Positions 1 through 14,021 of a DNA stretch of 64,000 bases are shown here, piece after piece. Below the pieces are notes generated by a model. That model searched no databases and was not told where the DNA came from. It saw only the letters and a list, made by a program, of their open reading frames with translations. Numbering within the stretch: position 1 is the stretch's first letter; the number at the start of each line of letters is the position of its first letter. The translations under genes were made by a program, and so were the position numbers. Source of the DNA: Octopus vulgaris (Eukaryota); contig OX597826.1 in the NCBI GenBank assembly GCA_951406725.2, forward strand, positions 77,934,001-77,998,000, given 5' to 3'.

Positions 1-1233
1 ATAAGTAAGGCCCTACACAAATACTGCCATTGGTTCTTATTTTAGCGTCATTTTGGTGTAAGCTTCGTTGCAGTGTTAGAAGGGTCGCGGAAGATTAACC
101 GTAGTGTCCTTTCTCGTGAAACGGACAAGGTTTGAACGATAAACAAGCAAACTGTTGTCGTAGAAAAAAAAAAAAAAGAAATTGGTGTGCTATTGGAACC
201 GTCCAGCAATTTATCGATGTGCAATACAGTACGGAAGGATAAAAACAAGATAAAGAAAAGATATTTCCACTGAGATGACTGCTAGACAGAAGTCGACATC
301 GTCACCAAAGTGTTTCTTCCCAAATTCTGTGGAACCTGTTTATGGTCGGCATTTCTTGCTATTTGTCCTTGGGTTTTCGCACCACCCTCGTTTTTGAAGA
401 TCATATATAATGCTAAATGCTCTCTCATTTTCAACGAAAAGCACAACACTTAAAATGCCTGTCAAGGCTGACACCAATTCAAGCACGGATGGGATTAGAA
501 CACTCGTTGTAAATTTCATGAGAGAGTGCTACCTCTGTAATTACTTGGAAAATTCTGGCCCCGATCAGGTTTATAATTTCTTGAGAGAATGTTTTATAAT
601 GGAGTGTTTTGCTGTCGGACTAGCAAAAGCCAGTTTATTTTTATCCGTAGTTGCACGCGAAAAGATACGCGCATGCGTATTAATGCTGTTGTTGTTGTCA
701 ATAGGATTTCGATTTAGTCGAGTTAAAATGACGAGGTTTTCTTTCTTTTCGAGCCTTTTGTGAATATCTGATGTTGTAATTGTATTAGCATCTTGTTTTC
801 TGTTTGTTTTCTGCTTGTGGAATGTAATATTTTCTTTAAATATATAGCAGAAACCATATCTTTTCTTTAATCAAACACTCTAAAAGAAAGCTCTGAGCTG
901 CTTGAAGTTATTTGTAGGTGAGTAATTTTGGCTTTAAAAAAACCCTTTCATCTAAAAAAATCTTTCGCTTCGAAGAAAGATTTGCAAAAATATTTCTACT
1001 TCATCAGCATTGAATACTGATGCAGATGCTGGTGATGGTCATGTTGGTCCTGATGGTGACTATGATGATCATGATGGTAGAAATATACCCTTAGCTCAGT
1101 TTCTTTTGTATCTTGCTTTACTAACACTGATCCCTTTGTTGGTTAAAATAAAGAAAACAGAGGAAGGATATCCACTGGGAAACATAGGGCAAAAAGGAAC
1201 CGTCCCCAGTTTATGGACAACATACAGCTTTAA

Positions 1234-1630
1234 GGCGGCGAGCTGGCAGAAACATTAGCACACCGGACGAAATGCTTAGCGGTATTTCGTCTGCCGTTAA
1301 GTTCTGAGTTCAAACTCTGCCGAAATCGACTTTGCCTTTCATCCTTTCGGGGTCGATTAAATAAGTACCAGTTACGCACTGGGGTTGATGTAATCGACTT
1401 AATCCGTTTGTCTGTCTTTGTTTGTTCTCTCTGTGTTTAGCCCCTTGTTGGTAGTAAAGAAATTGGAATTTAGTCTGTCTTTACGTTCTGAGTTCAAATT
1501 CCGCCGAGATTGACTTTACCATTCATCCTTTCGGGGTCGATAAATTAAATACCAGTTGTGCACTGGGGTCGGTCTAATCGACTGGCCTCCTTCCCCAAAA
1601 TTTCGGGCCTTGTGCCTAAAGTAGAAAAAA
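1234..1630 (+). mobile_element. SINE family A, dimeric (full unit plus repeated internal/3' unit)
   Basis: GGCGGCGAGCTGGCAGAA head, GAGTTCAAA B-box-like motif and conserved GCCTTTCATCCTTTCGGGGTCGAT..AAGTACCAG block; about 10 related copies in the window. Confidence 0.85.
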
Positions 1631-1699
1631 AAAAGAAAAATATATCTTTACAGCAAAGACAAGAATTAAATGGATTCCTTATTTGAAGCCGTCAATATA

Positions 1700-3140
1700 T
1701 TTCGTCGTGACATTGAGATCACGTTTGGAATCACGAAATGAGTTAGGATGGAGATGAAGCAAGCAAAACGAAAATCATAAAAAGTACTGGAATAGAGGAT
1801 GTATATAATGATGGCAAATATGAAATTCTTAAATGTAGGAGACGTATATATGAATCTTGGATTACTGGAAACGGATTAAAACAATCAAAAGTATAGAAGT
1901 TAGAGAAATACTCAGGAAAGATTATTTTCATGGAATGAAGATTTAAAATCCGAAATTGAATGCGACTCGTAAATAGAGATTCTATTCTAAGAGTGACACT
2001 GATAGGTTGTATTTGTCCGGAAGAAATGGTGGGAGAGGTTTGATTCGTTGATAGGTTTGTGTCGAAACAGAGAGGAAAGTAGTTCAGGGCGGTATGCAGA
2101 AAATGCCATGGAACCATTGTTGGTGTTTGTGAAGAAGTCCGGCATCATCAAAGCTGATGACTGTTTTAAGAAAGAGAAATTTAAAGAAAAAAAATAAAGA
2201 ACACGAAAAAAGATACGGTTCGGAAAGGGGGAAATGTGCACGGTCAATTTGCAAGAGATACGAACGCCAAGACAGATACAGAAGGCCGGTGGTTATGGAT
2301 GCGAAGGAGTGATGTGAAGATAGAAACAGAAATACTTACATACGCGGCACAGGAACAAGTAATAAGTATTGAGGACAAAGCGAAGTGCAGAAATGATAAC
2401 ACGAGTGAGAGCGACAAAAGCAGAATGTGTCGTGTCCCAAAAGTCCCTGATGGATTTCAATTTTTAATAACGTCCTTAACTTTACAAATAAATGCATGAA
2501 CTTTTGATGCAATATAAAGGAGATAATGATAATCAATATGCACAAAACAAACTTTGCAATACCCCTACATCACACATGAAAAATGACGTTGCTTAAATGG
2601 CAGCCATTTTCGGCTTCGCACGCCCGTGCTTTCCGAAACTTGCACCATAACACCCTCAAGAGTTTCAGACCCCACTTCTCTGATTTATCTATTGATGTTC
2701 TCTCCTTCAGTTGCACCAGGGTCTCCGGTTTGTTGACGTAAGCCCTCTCTTTCAGGTATTCCCACAAGACAAAATCTGGAGTAGTCAAATTTGGGGAACG
2801 TGAACGCCAGTTGACGTTGCTATAGCAACTACATTGTTTCTCTTGCGGTATGAGAAGTTGCCGCATATTGCTGGAAACATGTATGAGGTCTGCTTTGAAT
2901 GATGTGGTGGAATTGCGAATTTTGATTTAGGCATATTAATTTCCATTATGTCTTTTATATTGTTTCAAAATGTCATGCATTTATTTGTAAAGATAAGGAA
3001 GTTATTAAATGTTGAAACCCATCAGTGACATTTGGGACACCTTGTAGTATGGCACATTCTTAGTGAATGCCCGAATTTGGATAAACGTGAATGCAAAAGA
3101 CGACATGACAATGTGGTAAGAATGATCCATTAGTTTTGTG
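1700..3140 (+). pseudogene. Decayed R4/Dong-clade non-LTR retrotransposon (RT C-terminus to CCHC finger), interrupted at 2432-3044
   Basis: HGQFARD..RWLWMRRSDVKIETEILTYAAQEQ..KSRMC (ORF 2236) resumes at ~3045 as VWHILSECPNLDKRECKRRHDNVVRMIH; homologous to the copy at 24371. Confidence 0.8.
2432..3044 (-). mobile_element. Internally deleted Tc1/mariner-superfamily DNA transposon
   Basis: ~100-bp imperfect TIRs (GTGTCCCAAAAGTCCCTGATGG.. / ..CCATCAGTGACATTTGGGACACCTTG-TA); minus-strand WRSRSPNLTTPDFVLWEYLKERAY resembles the WPxRSPDLxPxDF motif. Confidence 0.85.
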
Positions 3141-3439
3141 TAAATTATTAGCCAAGAGTCTGCTAATACTTTAAAAGTACCACGTCATCGAGTTGGTGTT
3201 TTTGTGCTTGTTCCTATGTTTTTTTGGGGATTTACTATATATATAAATATATATATATATATACAAAAATATTTATATAGTGTATAAAAATAGCGAATAC
3301 CCAGAAGGAAATATATAACTTCGTAACTCACCAGTTGTTTCAGGAAGCTCAGATTTACGTAATAATCATAACATTCATAATTTGCCGATGGAATGAGCCA
3401 AATGTCTCATTCCTTTTCCGTCTCTCCGTCTCTCTCTCA

Positions 3440-3485
<46 letters not shown>

Positions 3486-4489
3486 CTCTCTTTCGCCCTC
3501 CGTCTCTATATGTGTGTGAACATTTTAGTGTGCAAATTCAGTATTGAAATGTGTTTGCGAACTTGTCTGAAAATTTCACGTTTTTTAATGTGTGTATATG
3601 TAACGTACTGTTGCGGATGTGTGAGTGCCAATATGCGTTTGCGTATATATTAATGCATGCATTTATATATATACGTATGGGGTACATATGTATTTATATG
3701 TGTATGTATGTGTGTATGTATGTTGCATTTGTGTACGTGTGTCAGAACTCTCAGTGGTGAGTGAGTGTGTAGCAGAAAATGTGTCGTGAATGCTCCGCAC
3801 CTAATATTTTGTTTGATCTGTTTATTAAATTCTTGAGCTTTGAATTTAAGTTTCGTTTTTTTTTTATTTTATTGTTCTTCTTCTTATTATTATTTTGTTG
3901 TTGTCGTTGTTTTGGTTCTCAAAATATTTTTTCTCTTCAGCAATAATGCGACTCGGATGACTCGCACACAATTAAGCTGAAATCTTCAGTTGAACAAGAG
4001 GACAGAAACGGTGGCATAAAGAAGGAGTCGAGAATTGCTTTATAGTGTTTTGTAACATGGAACACTGGCATAAAACACACAAGAAAAGAAAAAAATAGGA
4101 AAATATATATAAAAAAAAAATTAACTTACAAAAGAACCAAAAATGATAAAACCATCAAAAATACCCTGGAAAATCTCCCACAAAAATTACCTACGAAAAA
4201 TAAAAACGAAAGAGAAATAGAAGGAAAGAAATCTTATATCGTTCTTCAAAATTAATCATTTAATTCAATTTGGGTCTCGTTTTTTATTTCTTTTCTCTCA
4301 GACTTTTTTTTTTATTATTTGTTGTTTTTTCTTTTCTTTAGGTACTTCTTCCTTCCGTCTTTCTATCTTTCAGTTCTTTCCTTCTGTCTTTCTTTCTTTT
4401 TTTTCTTTCAATCATTCTTTTCCTTTTTTTTTATTCTTTTGCTTCTTGTTTTCGGTCTTCTTGGTTCACTTAGTTTCCACTTACTATTA

Positions 4490-4892
4490 CAACCACCACC
4501 ACCACCAACATGATCGCCACCACAACCATAACCACCACCAACAACAACAACACCACCACCACCACCACCACCACCAACACCAACATCACCACCAACACCA
4601 CCACCAACACCAACACCAACAACAACAACAACAACACCAACACCACTACCAACATCACCACCACCACCACCACTATCACCACCATCACCACCCCAACACC
4701 ACCATCACCAATACCACCATCACCAACACCACCTGCACCACTACCAACAACAACAACAACAACACAAACACCAACACCGCCACCACTACTACTACTACTA
4801 CTACTACTATTACTACTAATACTCGTGGTGATATTAATGTAGATATTAATTTTAGTAGTAGTAGTAGCAGTAGTAGTAGTAGTAGTAGTAGC

Positions 4893-4954
<62 letters not shown>

Positions 4955-5192
4955 CAGCAGTAGTGGTAGTAGTTATCACTGTGACATAATATTACTAATA
5001 ATATTTTCTAACGTTAAATATAATTATTTCTAACTCTATTACTTCATGTCTTTCCTTTTCTTTTTTTTTCTTTTTTTCTTTCTTTATTTTCTTCTTTTTT
5101 TTTGGCAAATTATCGGCAAAATTATCACCATCACTATCATCAGCATCATCATCGTCATCGTTGCTATGATCATGGCTGTCGTCCTCATCAAC

Positions 5193-5223
<31 letters not shown>

Positions 5224-5605
5224 TAATAATAATAATAATGATAATGATAATAACAAAAATGATAATAATAACAACAACAACAACAATAATAATAATAATA
5301 ATAATAACAATAATAATAATAGTAACAACAATCATCATCATGAGCTTCATCACTATTATTATGACTATTACTTTTGTGGCTGTAGTGGTTTTTGTTATTG
5401 TTGTTGTTATGGTTGTTGCTGTTGTTATCACCATCATCACCATCATCATCACAATAATCATTATTATCGAGAACATTATCATCATTATAATGACTGGCAT
5501 CATCATCATCGTCGTCGTCGTCGCCGCCATCTTCATCGTCATCTCCTGCTCCTCCTCCTCGTCATCATCGACATCATTACCATCACCATCGTCATATTCG
5601 TTATC

Positions 5606-5667
<62 letters not shown>

Positions 5668-5720
5668 CGTCGTCATCATCATCGTCGTCGTCATCATCAT
5701 CATCATCATCATCATCGTCG

Positions 5721-5784
<64 letters not shown>

Positions 5785-5840
5785 CGTCGTCGTCATCATC
5801 ATAATCATCATCATCGTCGTCGTCGTCGTCATCATCATCG

Positions 5841-5871
<31 letters not shown>

Positions 5872-5909
5872 CGTCGTCGTCATCGTCATCATCATCATCA
5901 TCATCATCA

Positions 5910-5940
<31 letters not shown>

Positions 5941-6190
5941 GTCATCATCATCATCATCATCTTCTCCACCATTACTGTTTCTCCATTTTCTTCATCTGAT
6001 ATTTTGTCGTTATTATTTCCCTCGTTGATGTAATTGTAATTGTTGTTGTTGTTGTTGTTCGTTATCTCCTCGATTATTTTTCTAATTGTTCTATTCTTTG
6101 TCGCTGACGATGTTGTTGTTGTTGTTGTTGCTGTTGCCGCTGTCGTGTCGTTTGTGTTGTTGTTAATCATTTCTTCTTCTTCTTCTTTTT
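4490..6190. repeat. Compound trinucleotide microsatellite field (CAC/CAA, TAG, AAT, CAT, GTT)
   Basis: Directly visible; source of the poly-H/T/S/I/N ORFs. Confidence 0.95.
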
Positions 6191-6463
6191 TTAACATCTC
6201 TTAACAACAAATTAAACTAGAGCCCAGACACTCGACGTTCAATTAATTTTCATTACGAAGCTTTATTCTGTTTTTCTTTTTATATTTTGTTGCTTTATTG
6301 TTTTGTGTATTTTATGTTGAAATATTTAAATGCGTTAACGCCTGAATGTGTTTGTCTGTAATTGTGTGAATGTGCCAATGTACGAAGCTGTGTCTTTTTT
6401 GCAGATATGTGTATGCGTACGTGTGTACTCAGAAGACAGAAGAATGCTCTCTTAAAAGAAATA

Positions 6464-6503
<40 letters not shown>

Positions 6504-6511
6504 CTCGAGCT

Positions 6512-6556
<45 letters not shown>

Positions 6557-6728
6557 ATGTATGTTTGTATATATGCATGTATATATGCTTGTATATATGT
6601 ATGTATATATTAGTGTGTGTGTTCTTTATTTAAGTGAATGCACATGGACAGTCAAAAACATGGGCACACATACACACATCTAATAAGTGTATACACACTC
6701 ACAAACACACTCATATATATGCAGAAAT

Positions 6729-6846
<118 letters not shown>

Positions 6847-7113
6847 TGTGTATATTTATACATAGGCATATATTTAGACATCTATGGGCATATACATATA
6901 TCTGTATGTGTCTCTTTAATTGTGTGTGCGTATGCATGTGTGTGTGTACATGTGTGTGCGTGCGTGTGTAAGTGGATATGTCAACTTCTGTATACGTATG
7001 TACGCATGTTCGTACACAGTAAGTCCATGCACGTATTGCTGTCTGCACATTTGTTGAAAGAACACGTGTATTTCTTTTAGAAGACAATTCTTCAAAATTC
7101 ATAGATATGTCTG

Positions 7114-7198
<85 letters not shown>

Positions 7199-7233
7199 TT
7201 ATGTTTCTGTCTGTCAGTCTGTCTATATATATA

Positions 7234-8400
7234 CAGGGTGCGTAAAATATTTGGGAACAGATTTACCTTTATAAAAAAAAAAACATATATAAAAACAAAT
7301 AATAACTTTGTCAAAAATGCTTTGAGGATAAAAACAAACCTTCTTTTCGATAATGTTATTCAATAATGCCACCATCAGCTTCAACAACATCTTCTATATG
7401 AGATCTAAATCATCTACATGCCCGAATCAAGTGGTCTTGGTTAATATTGGACATTACTCTGACTATGGCAGTTTTCAAAGAATCTTTGGTGTAATGGGCG
7501 TGTTCATTGACCTCTCTCTCAACAACGCTCCACATGTAATAATCCAATCGGTTGCGATCTGGGGAATTAGGAGGCCAAATGTTAGCGGTTATGTGATCAT
7601 CACAATTTTCAGCCATCCATTCCTGTGTTACTAAAGCAATATGTAGCAGGGCAGAGTCTTACTGAAACACATATGGCCTTCCATTATATACACTCCCTAT
7701 CCAGAGCTTAACAATTATTTCCAGGGTTTCAATGTACGTGGCAGAGTTAACTCTAAGGCCTTGTGGAAAGAAGTCAGGAGGCATACCATGTCCTTCATTA
7801 CTGAAAACCCCTAAAACCATGACAGTTTCAGGAAATTTTGTATATTTGGGACTTCAGAAGGGTCTAAATATAACCATCTGTCATTTCTTCAGTTAACTTT
7901 TTGATCTTGGTCTTAGTTTTTTCTCGTTTGAGAAAAACCAAATCAAATCTTATGCTGCATTTTTCACTTTGCGTAAGAGAAGTTTAGATCTGATGTAATG
8001 ATTTACTTTTGTTTTTCTTTTGTTTTTTTCATCATATAAGACTTATATCTGATGTCTTCATGGGCAACATTTCTGACTGTTCCTTCTGAGATCTTCTGCA
8101 ATTGACTTCATTGATTTCTGGGATTGTAATCAATGGTCTGTTAAACTTGCTGGATAAATTCATGTGTTCAGATGATTTCAGAGCGTTTAGAATGCTTTTT
8201 ATGTTTTGATACTGGTGTAGAGGTGAGGGATTTGGTTTACTTCCTCATAACGTACAGGTGTCCATGATTACAGTCAAGACTTTCAAATTCATTGTAAGGC
8301 ATAAAATCTCATCGGCACATCATAAGCAACTTTATTTACGCAATGTTAAGATTAGCCATTCTTGCTCTGAAAACATCGGCTTCACCATGAAACCCCATTA
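7234..8400 (-). mobile_element. Decayed Tc1/mariner-superfamily transposon, probably maT/DD37D-like
   Basis: TA-CAGGGTG terminus at 7232-7240; minus strand gives MVLGVFSNEGHGMPPDFFPQGLRVNS, GRPYVFQ and WPPNSPDRNRLDYYMWSVVE, with stops and frameshifts. Confidence 0.8.
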
Positions 8401-8457
8401 TCGATGATAAATATCTCTGTAACGTATCTAATCAAGTACTCATTGGGTCTTATATAT

Positions 8458-8503
<46 letters not shown>

Positions 8504-9025
8504 GCACGCACGCACGCATACACACACATATAAAGACAAACCAAACAGTGGTATTTTGAAATTTGATACGTACGTTTCAGGCCAGCGCAATATTTGATAG
8601 GAAATGCATCCATTACGTAAATCCAGTTAAAGCATTTCATAATAGCTTGAATCCTTTACTCTGCAAGCTGTCATTTCATATCTTACCACCTTCCATTGGT
8701 CCTTCCTCGTGTTTTTTGATAGCTCACAGCCTTTCCTATTTTTTTTCTTTTTCTCAAATTGGATCAGCCATATTGTGTATTTGAATCTCACGGAAGGATT
8801 GTTTAGCAGCACAAGGTGTGACGTGGTTTCCACAGTATGACAATATTAGCGGCTCGTATTGAAGTATCGTGTATAGTAAAGTGTGTGTGTGTGTGTATGT
8901 GTGTGTGTGTAAAATAGGGTTTGTGAAATCGACTCAAGCGAACATTGACAAACAGAAGCTATTGAAGGGAGCAACGCTTCAGTAGAATAAAATGTCCTGC
9001 AAATTTCTTTCAACAGTAGAGTATT

Positions 9026-9125
9026 GTGCATATGGCATAAAGGTTAAGAGCGCGGGCTACTAACCTCAAGATTCCGAGTTCGATTCCAGGCAGTAACCTG
9101 AATAATAATAACGAAAATAATAATG

Positions 9126-9212
<87 letters not shown>

Positions 9213-9392
9213 TCGAAAAATACCTTAGGAATCAGAACCCAGATTCGAAATTTCCCCAAGACACCTGATGAAGGCTGGAGAGTATATCAGACGAAACGTG
9301 TTACCAACAAACAAGATGAGAAAACATATCTGTCAAATGTAAATAATGTACATAATGTCTATAATTCCTCATCGCTTAAATATAGAACTGTA
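9026..9392 (+). mobile_element. tRNA-headed SINE-like element with internal (AAT)n(AAC)n and a hammerhead-bearing 3' part
   Basis: A-box-like TGGCATAAAGG, B-box GAGTTCGATTCC; CTGATGA..GAAACG at 9265-9298; 3' part recurs at 52427-52585. Confidence 0.7.
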
Positions 9393-9742
9393 GAGTATAA
9401 AATTACAAGTAAAACAATTGAGGTATTAGTTGATTCTTAGACTGACGATAGTTAAAGAAGAGATGGGTTAGATAAATCTGTTAATATGGCGGAAGGCATA
9501 TGATGGCGAATGTAAACAACGATTAAGCAATTTTAAGCTGTATTACATGCAACCCACTTGTCATCTCATCAAGACTAAATGATGAAATCAATACGAGTGT
9601 AGTTCGATGAATACTACCATATTTATACACACACAATCAATGAAAGAAGCTTATAATTTCGCGAGAAATCAATCACTTTGACTCTCAACTCAGACAGATT
9701 AAAGAGACACAAGGGACATTATAGTATTCGTGTACTCTTAAA

Positions 9743-10302
9743 GATGGTGAGTTGGCAGAAACGTTAGCACTTCGGGCAAAATGCTCAGCGGTATTTCGCC
9801 TGCTGTTACGTTCTGAGTTCAAATTCCGCCGACGTCGACTTTGCCTTCCATCCTTTCGGAGTCGATAAATACCAGTTACGCACTGAAGTCGATATAATCG
9901 ACTTAATCCGTTGTCTGTCCTTGTTTGTCCTCTCTGTGTTTAGCCCCTTGTGGGCAGTAAAGAAATAGGTATTTCGTCTGTCTTTATGTTCCGAGTTCAA
10001 ATTCCGCCTTTCATCCTTTCGGAGTCGATTAAATAAGTACCAGTTACTCACTGGGGTCGATATAATCGACTTAATTCGTTTGTCTGTCCTTGTTTGTCCT
10101 CTCTGTGTTTAGCCCCTTGTGGGTAGTAAAGAAATAGGTATTTGGTCTGTCTTCACGTTCTGAGTTCAAATTCCGCGAGGTCGACTTTGCTTTTCATCCT
10201 TTCGGGGTCGATAAATTAAGTATCAGTTGCGTACTGGGGTCGATCTAATCGACTGGCCCCCTCTCCCAGAATTTCGGGCCTTGTGCCTAGAGTAGAAAAG
10301 AA
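9743..10302 (+). mobile_element. SINE family A, trimeric, with a 15-bp TSD
   Basis: Three tandem internal units; TATTCGTGTACTCTT (9725-9739) / TATTGGTGTACTCTT (10303-10317). Confidence 0.88.
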
Positions 10303-10849
10303 TATTGGTGTACTCTTTCATTAAACATAGATCTCTTCTCATCATCTAAGGAGTCCAGTATCTCGCGTAGTTTTGATGCGTTTAAAGTTCAATAGTTTTA
10401 ATTTTCATTTTACTCCACCTCTGGTTGCACCAGTGAAAGCTGATGTCCCATAAGTGATGGACCTTATAACGACAAAGACTAATGCTGTAGAGTACTACAC
10501 ACGTACACATACATATTCGTACATATATACATACATAACCCTTTATTGAGTGAGGTCAGTACAGATGTGACTCAGCAACCACTTGAGGATCGAGCGATGT
10601 CCTTACGGAGAACAACGCGAGGCAACGAGACTGACATACAAAAATGTCTGCAACTTTATATACGTGAACGCATAACTGTATCTGTCCTATTTCAGATCAT
10701 AAATGTAACCAATAATTCTCTTGCAGGAAGTATTCAACTCCACATCGTGTACAGTTTTTCAGAATTCCGTCTCCCATCACAACAAAGAGAAAAAATAGTA
10801 CACCAACTGTTACATATGGCATGGAATGACTCCATTACGAAAATTATTA

Positions 10850-11255
10850 TTGTTTTTATTTCCGTAATTGAAATGCAGCCATGCTGGAGCACCATCCTGC
10901 AGTGTTTAGTCAATTAAATCGAGACCAGTATTTATTTTCTGAAGTTTGCTACATACTTAAACTAGTTGCTGTTAACGAATCGCCAAGGTACGTACACATG
11001 AGCTAGCCAGCAACAGCCGTCAAGCTTTGCGGTGAACAAACACAAAAACACGCACGATCATACTCGCGTACACGAACACACATATCAATGGCTGTGTGCC
11101 TTTGTGTCTGTGTTAGTCACCCATCATCACTTCAAAACCGGTGTTGGTGTGTTTATTTCCTCGAAACAATGGTTCAGCGAAAGTATGTCATAGAATAAGT
11201 CCCACGATTTAAAAAAAAATTAAATAGTTACTGGGGTTTAATGGTAAGACCATCC
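10850..11255. mobile_element. Two degenerate SINE family C 3' fragments in opposite orientation
   Basis: GCAGCCATGCTGGAGCACC (reverse) and CCGGTGTTGGTGTGTTTA..TAGAATAAGT (forward) match the element at 29209. Confidence 0.55.
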
Positions 11256-11257
11256 GA

Positions 11258-11392
11258 AGCATTCGACAGGCCTTTAGCGGGGATTCCATGGGCAAAACGC
11301 AGATCAACAAGTATTTCAACCGCTTCAAACACGGCTGCGCCACAGTGGAGCGCGAGGCGCACTCACGTATGCTGTCCACAAGCCGAAACGAC
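11258..11392 (+). pseudogene. mariner transposase N-terminal HTH fragment
   Basis: [35 protein letters not shown] resembles the W..RFK.G...E..RSGRPST motif. Confidence 0.65.
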
Positions 11393-11578
11393 CCATTATC
11401 TTATATCTATGTATATATATATCATAATAATTGCAAGTTAACTCTCTTATTCGATAGACTTTACGACTTTACTCTCTGGAAATTGGAGCATACTAAACGT
11501 ATTCATCATGTTTGTGTGTGTGTGTATGTGAATAAATGCGCGCGTGTGTGTGCATGTGCGTGTGTCTGCATGTATATG

Positions 11579-12085
<507 letters not shown>

Positions 12086-12208
12086 GTATACATACAGAAA
12101 CACTTGCAATGCATCATGAGGAGCAATTTTGAAGAACATTTTTCTTTCTCCATTCCTCATCCCACCATCATCAGCATGTCAGTCTCATTTTTCATAATTT
12201 ACCATATT

Positions 12209-12244
<36 letters not shown>

Positions 12245-12612
12245 TCACTCTCTCTCTTTTTTTTTCTTCTTACGCCACTTATGCGTCTTGCCAATTTACT
12301 CCGTGGCTGATAATTCTTTCAAAGCTTTCGTCTACGTGTTATTCCGTATTTTTGAGTGCAGCAACGATTTTTACCATCGATTCTTTTCAAAGATTTGGTG
12401 CTTTAGCGTCTGTTTTCCATTTCGGCAATTGTTTTCTTGTTACATAATTATAGAGTGGTGACAATCTCTTCTAATTCACTGATGGATATCACATTCGTAT
12501 ACATATATACATACATACATACATACTTACATATATCCATATATATAATATATATATATAATATATATATATAATATATATTTATATATAATATATATAA
12601 TATATATATACA

Positions 12613-12648
<36 letters not shown>

Positions 12649-13514
12649 TTATGTATATACGTATATATGTATACATGTATGTATATATGTGTGTGTGTGT
12701 CTATGTATGTACAGACCTATACATGTATATATTTATATATAAGAGCATGTGTATGTTTTTTATGTCTATATGTGTTTATATGAATTTGTATTTGTAAGCA
12801 TACACTCAAACTCACACACATATATATGCATGCACTCCTGTATGTAGATTCGTACGTATGAACGAATGTATATGTGCATGCAATTTTCATGTACGCCTGG
12901 TTATACGAATGACTGATTATTTGTCTCTACATAAGCAGATATGTACATATGTTTATATACGTGTATACATGTAGATGTGCATTTCTATATGCATAAATAT
13001 TTGCACGTATGCACATAGATATGCATATTTCTATATATACATAAGAATTTGACAATATTTATAATTCTTACTCTTTATGTAATTATACGATTAAATATTT
13101 GATTAAATCGTTTATTGAGTGAGAAAAAGTTACATATGTTGCTATGTTTTTTTTTAACCCCGAGCCGTCTTCAATTGAGTAGACTTATGATCAAAGTTAT
13201 TCCAGTTATATCTGCTGCTTTAGGTGTGAGGTTTAAAAGTTTTCGTTGTAAGTACTGGAATTCGTGGTTCAGTCTCACTACGCGGTACTTTGGAAACACG
13301 TTTTCTACTAAACCTCCAGATAGACCCAAGACATGTGAGTGAAAGTCTTTGAATAGAAACTGTACAAAAGCCCGTCAGATGGCGTGCAATTGGTCTGGGG
13401 TGGGGATAAAGAAAAATGTAAAGAATTTTGAAAAAATATACATATGCACAAGTGCGGAACACGTACAGGCACACTCACATAAACACACACACACACACAC
13501 ATAAATATATATAT

Positions 13515-13735
13515 AGTTCAAATTTATGGAAAATAAATGACGAATTCAAGCGAGGAAACAACGAGCAAGTGTATTAGTTTGACGCTTGAGAAGAATGGAA
13601 AAGTCTTTGACATTTCGATCCTACGCCCTTCGACAAAAAGAGTTTAAAGGAAAAAAACGCAGAGGGAATATGCGTGGGGACTAACGGCCCAACATGCTGA
13701 AATGGCAGGAAAGAAGAGTCTGAATGAAATGGATA
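13515..13735 (-). mobile_element. Putative Penelope-like pseudo-LTR fragment between (TA)n tracts, with a variant hammerhead-like motif (13604-13641)
   Basis: Minus strand TCTTT-TTGTCGA-A-GGGC-GTAG-GATC-GAAA-TG-TC-AAAGA; homologous copy at 59120-59290. Confidence 0.55.
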
Positions 13736-13742
13736 CATACAT

Positions 13743-13859
<117 letters not shown>

Positions 13860-13865
13860 CATAAT

Positions 13866-14021
13866 TTAATTAGAGACAAAACCACTATTTTGCAAAACAA
13901 ACAAGGAAAGACTTAATCAATACATAAGATTTGACTTTTTTTTACTTTTTATTAAAACCTTATGTATTGATTAAGTCTTTCCTTGTTTGTTTTGCAAAAT
14001 AGTGGTTTTGTCTCTAATTAA
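13866..14021. repeat. Perfect 63-bp inverted repeat with a 30-bp spacer
   Basis: 13866-13928 is the exact reverse complement of 13959-14021. Confidence 0.95.

Noticed and set aside
1-960. Higher-complexity sequence with ORF 410-763 and an AG/GTGAGT donor-like site near 918
   Set aside because: No recognisable protein motif on either strand; an exon or element cannot be supported without a search
2154-2175. CTGATGA followed by GAAA
   Set aside because: No stem II or stem I; lies in retrotransposon coding sequence
4446-6197. Long poly-His/Ser/Ile/Asn ORFs, and YIYI/HTHT ORFs throughout
   Set aside because: Translations of microsatellites, open in multiple frames with no domain content
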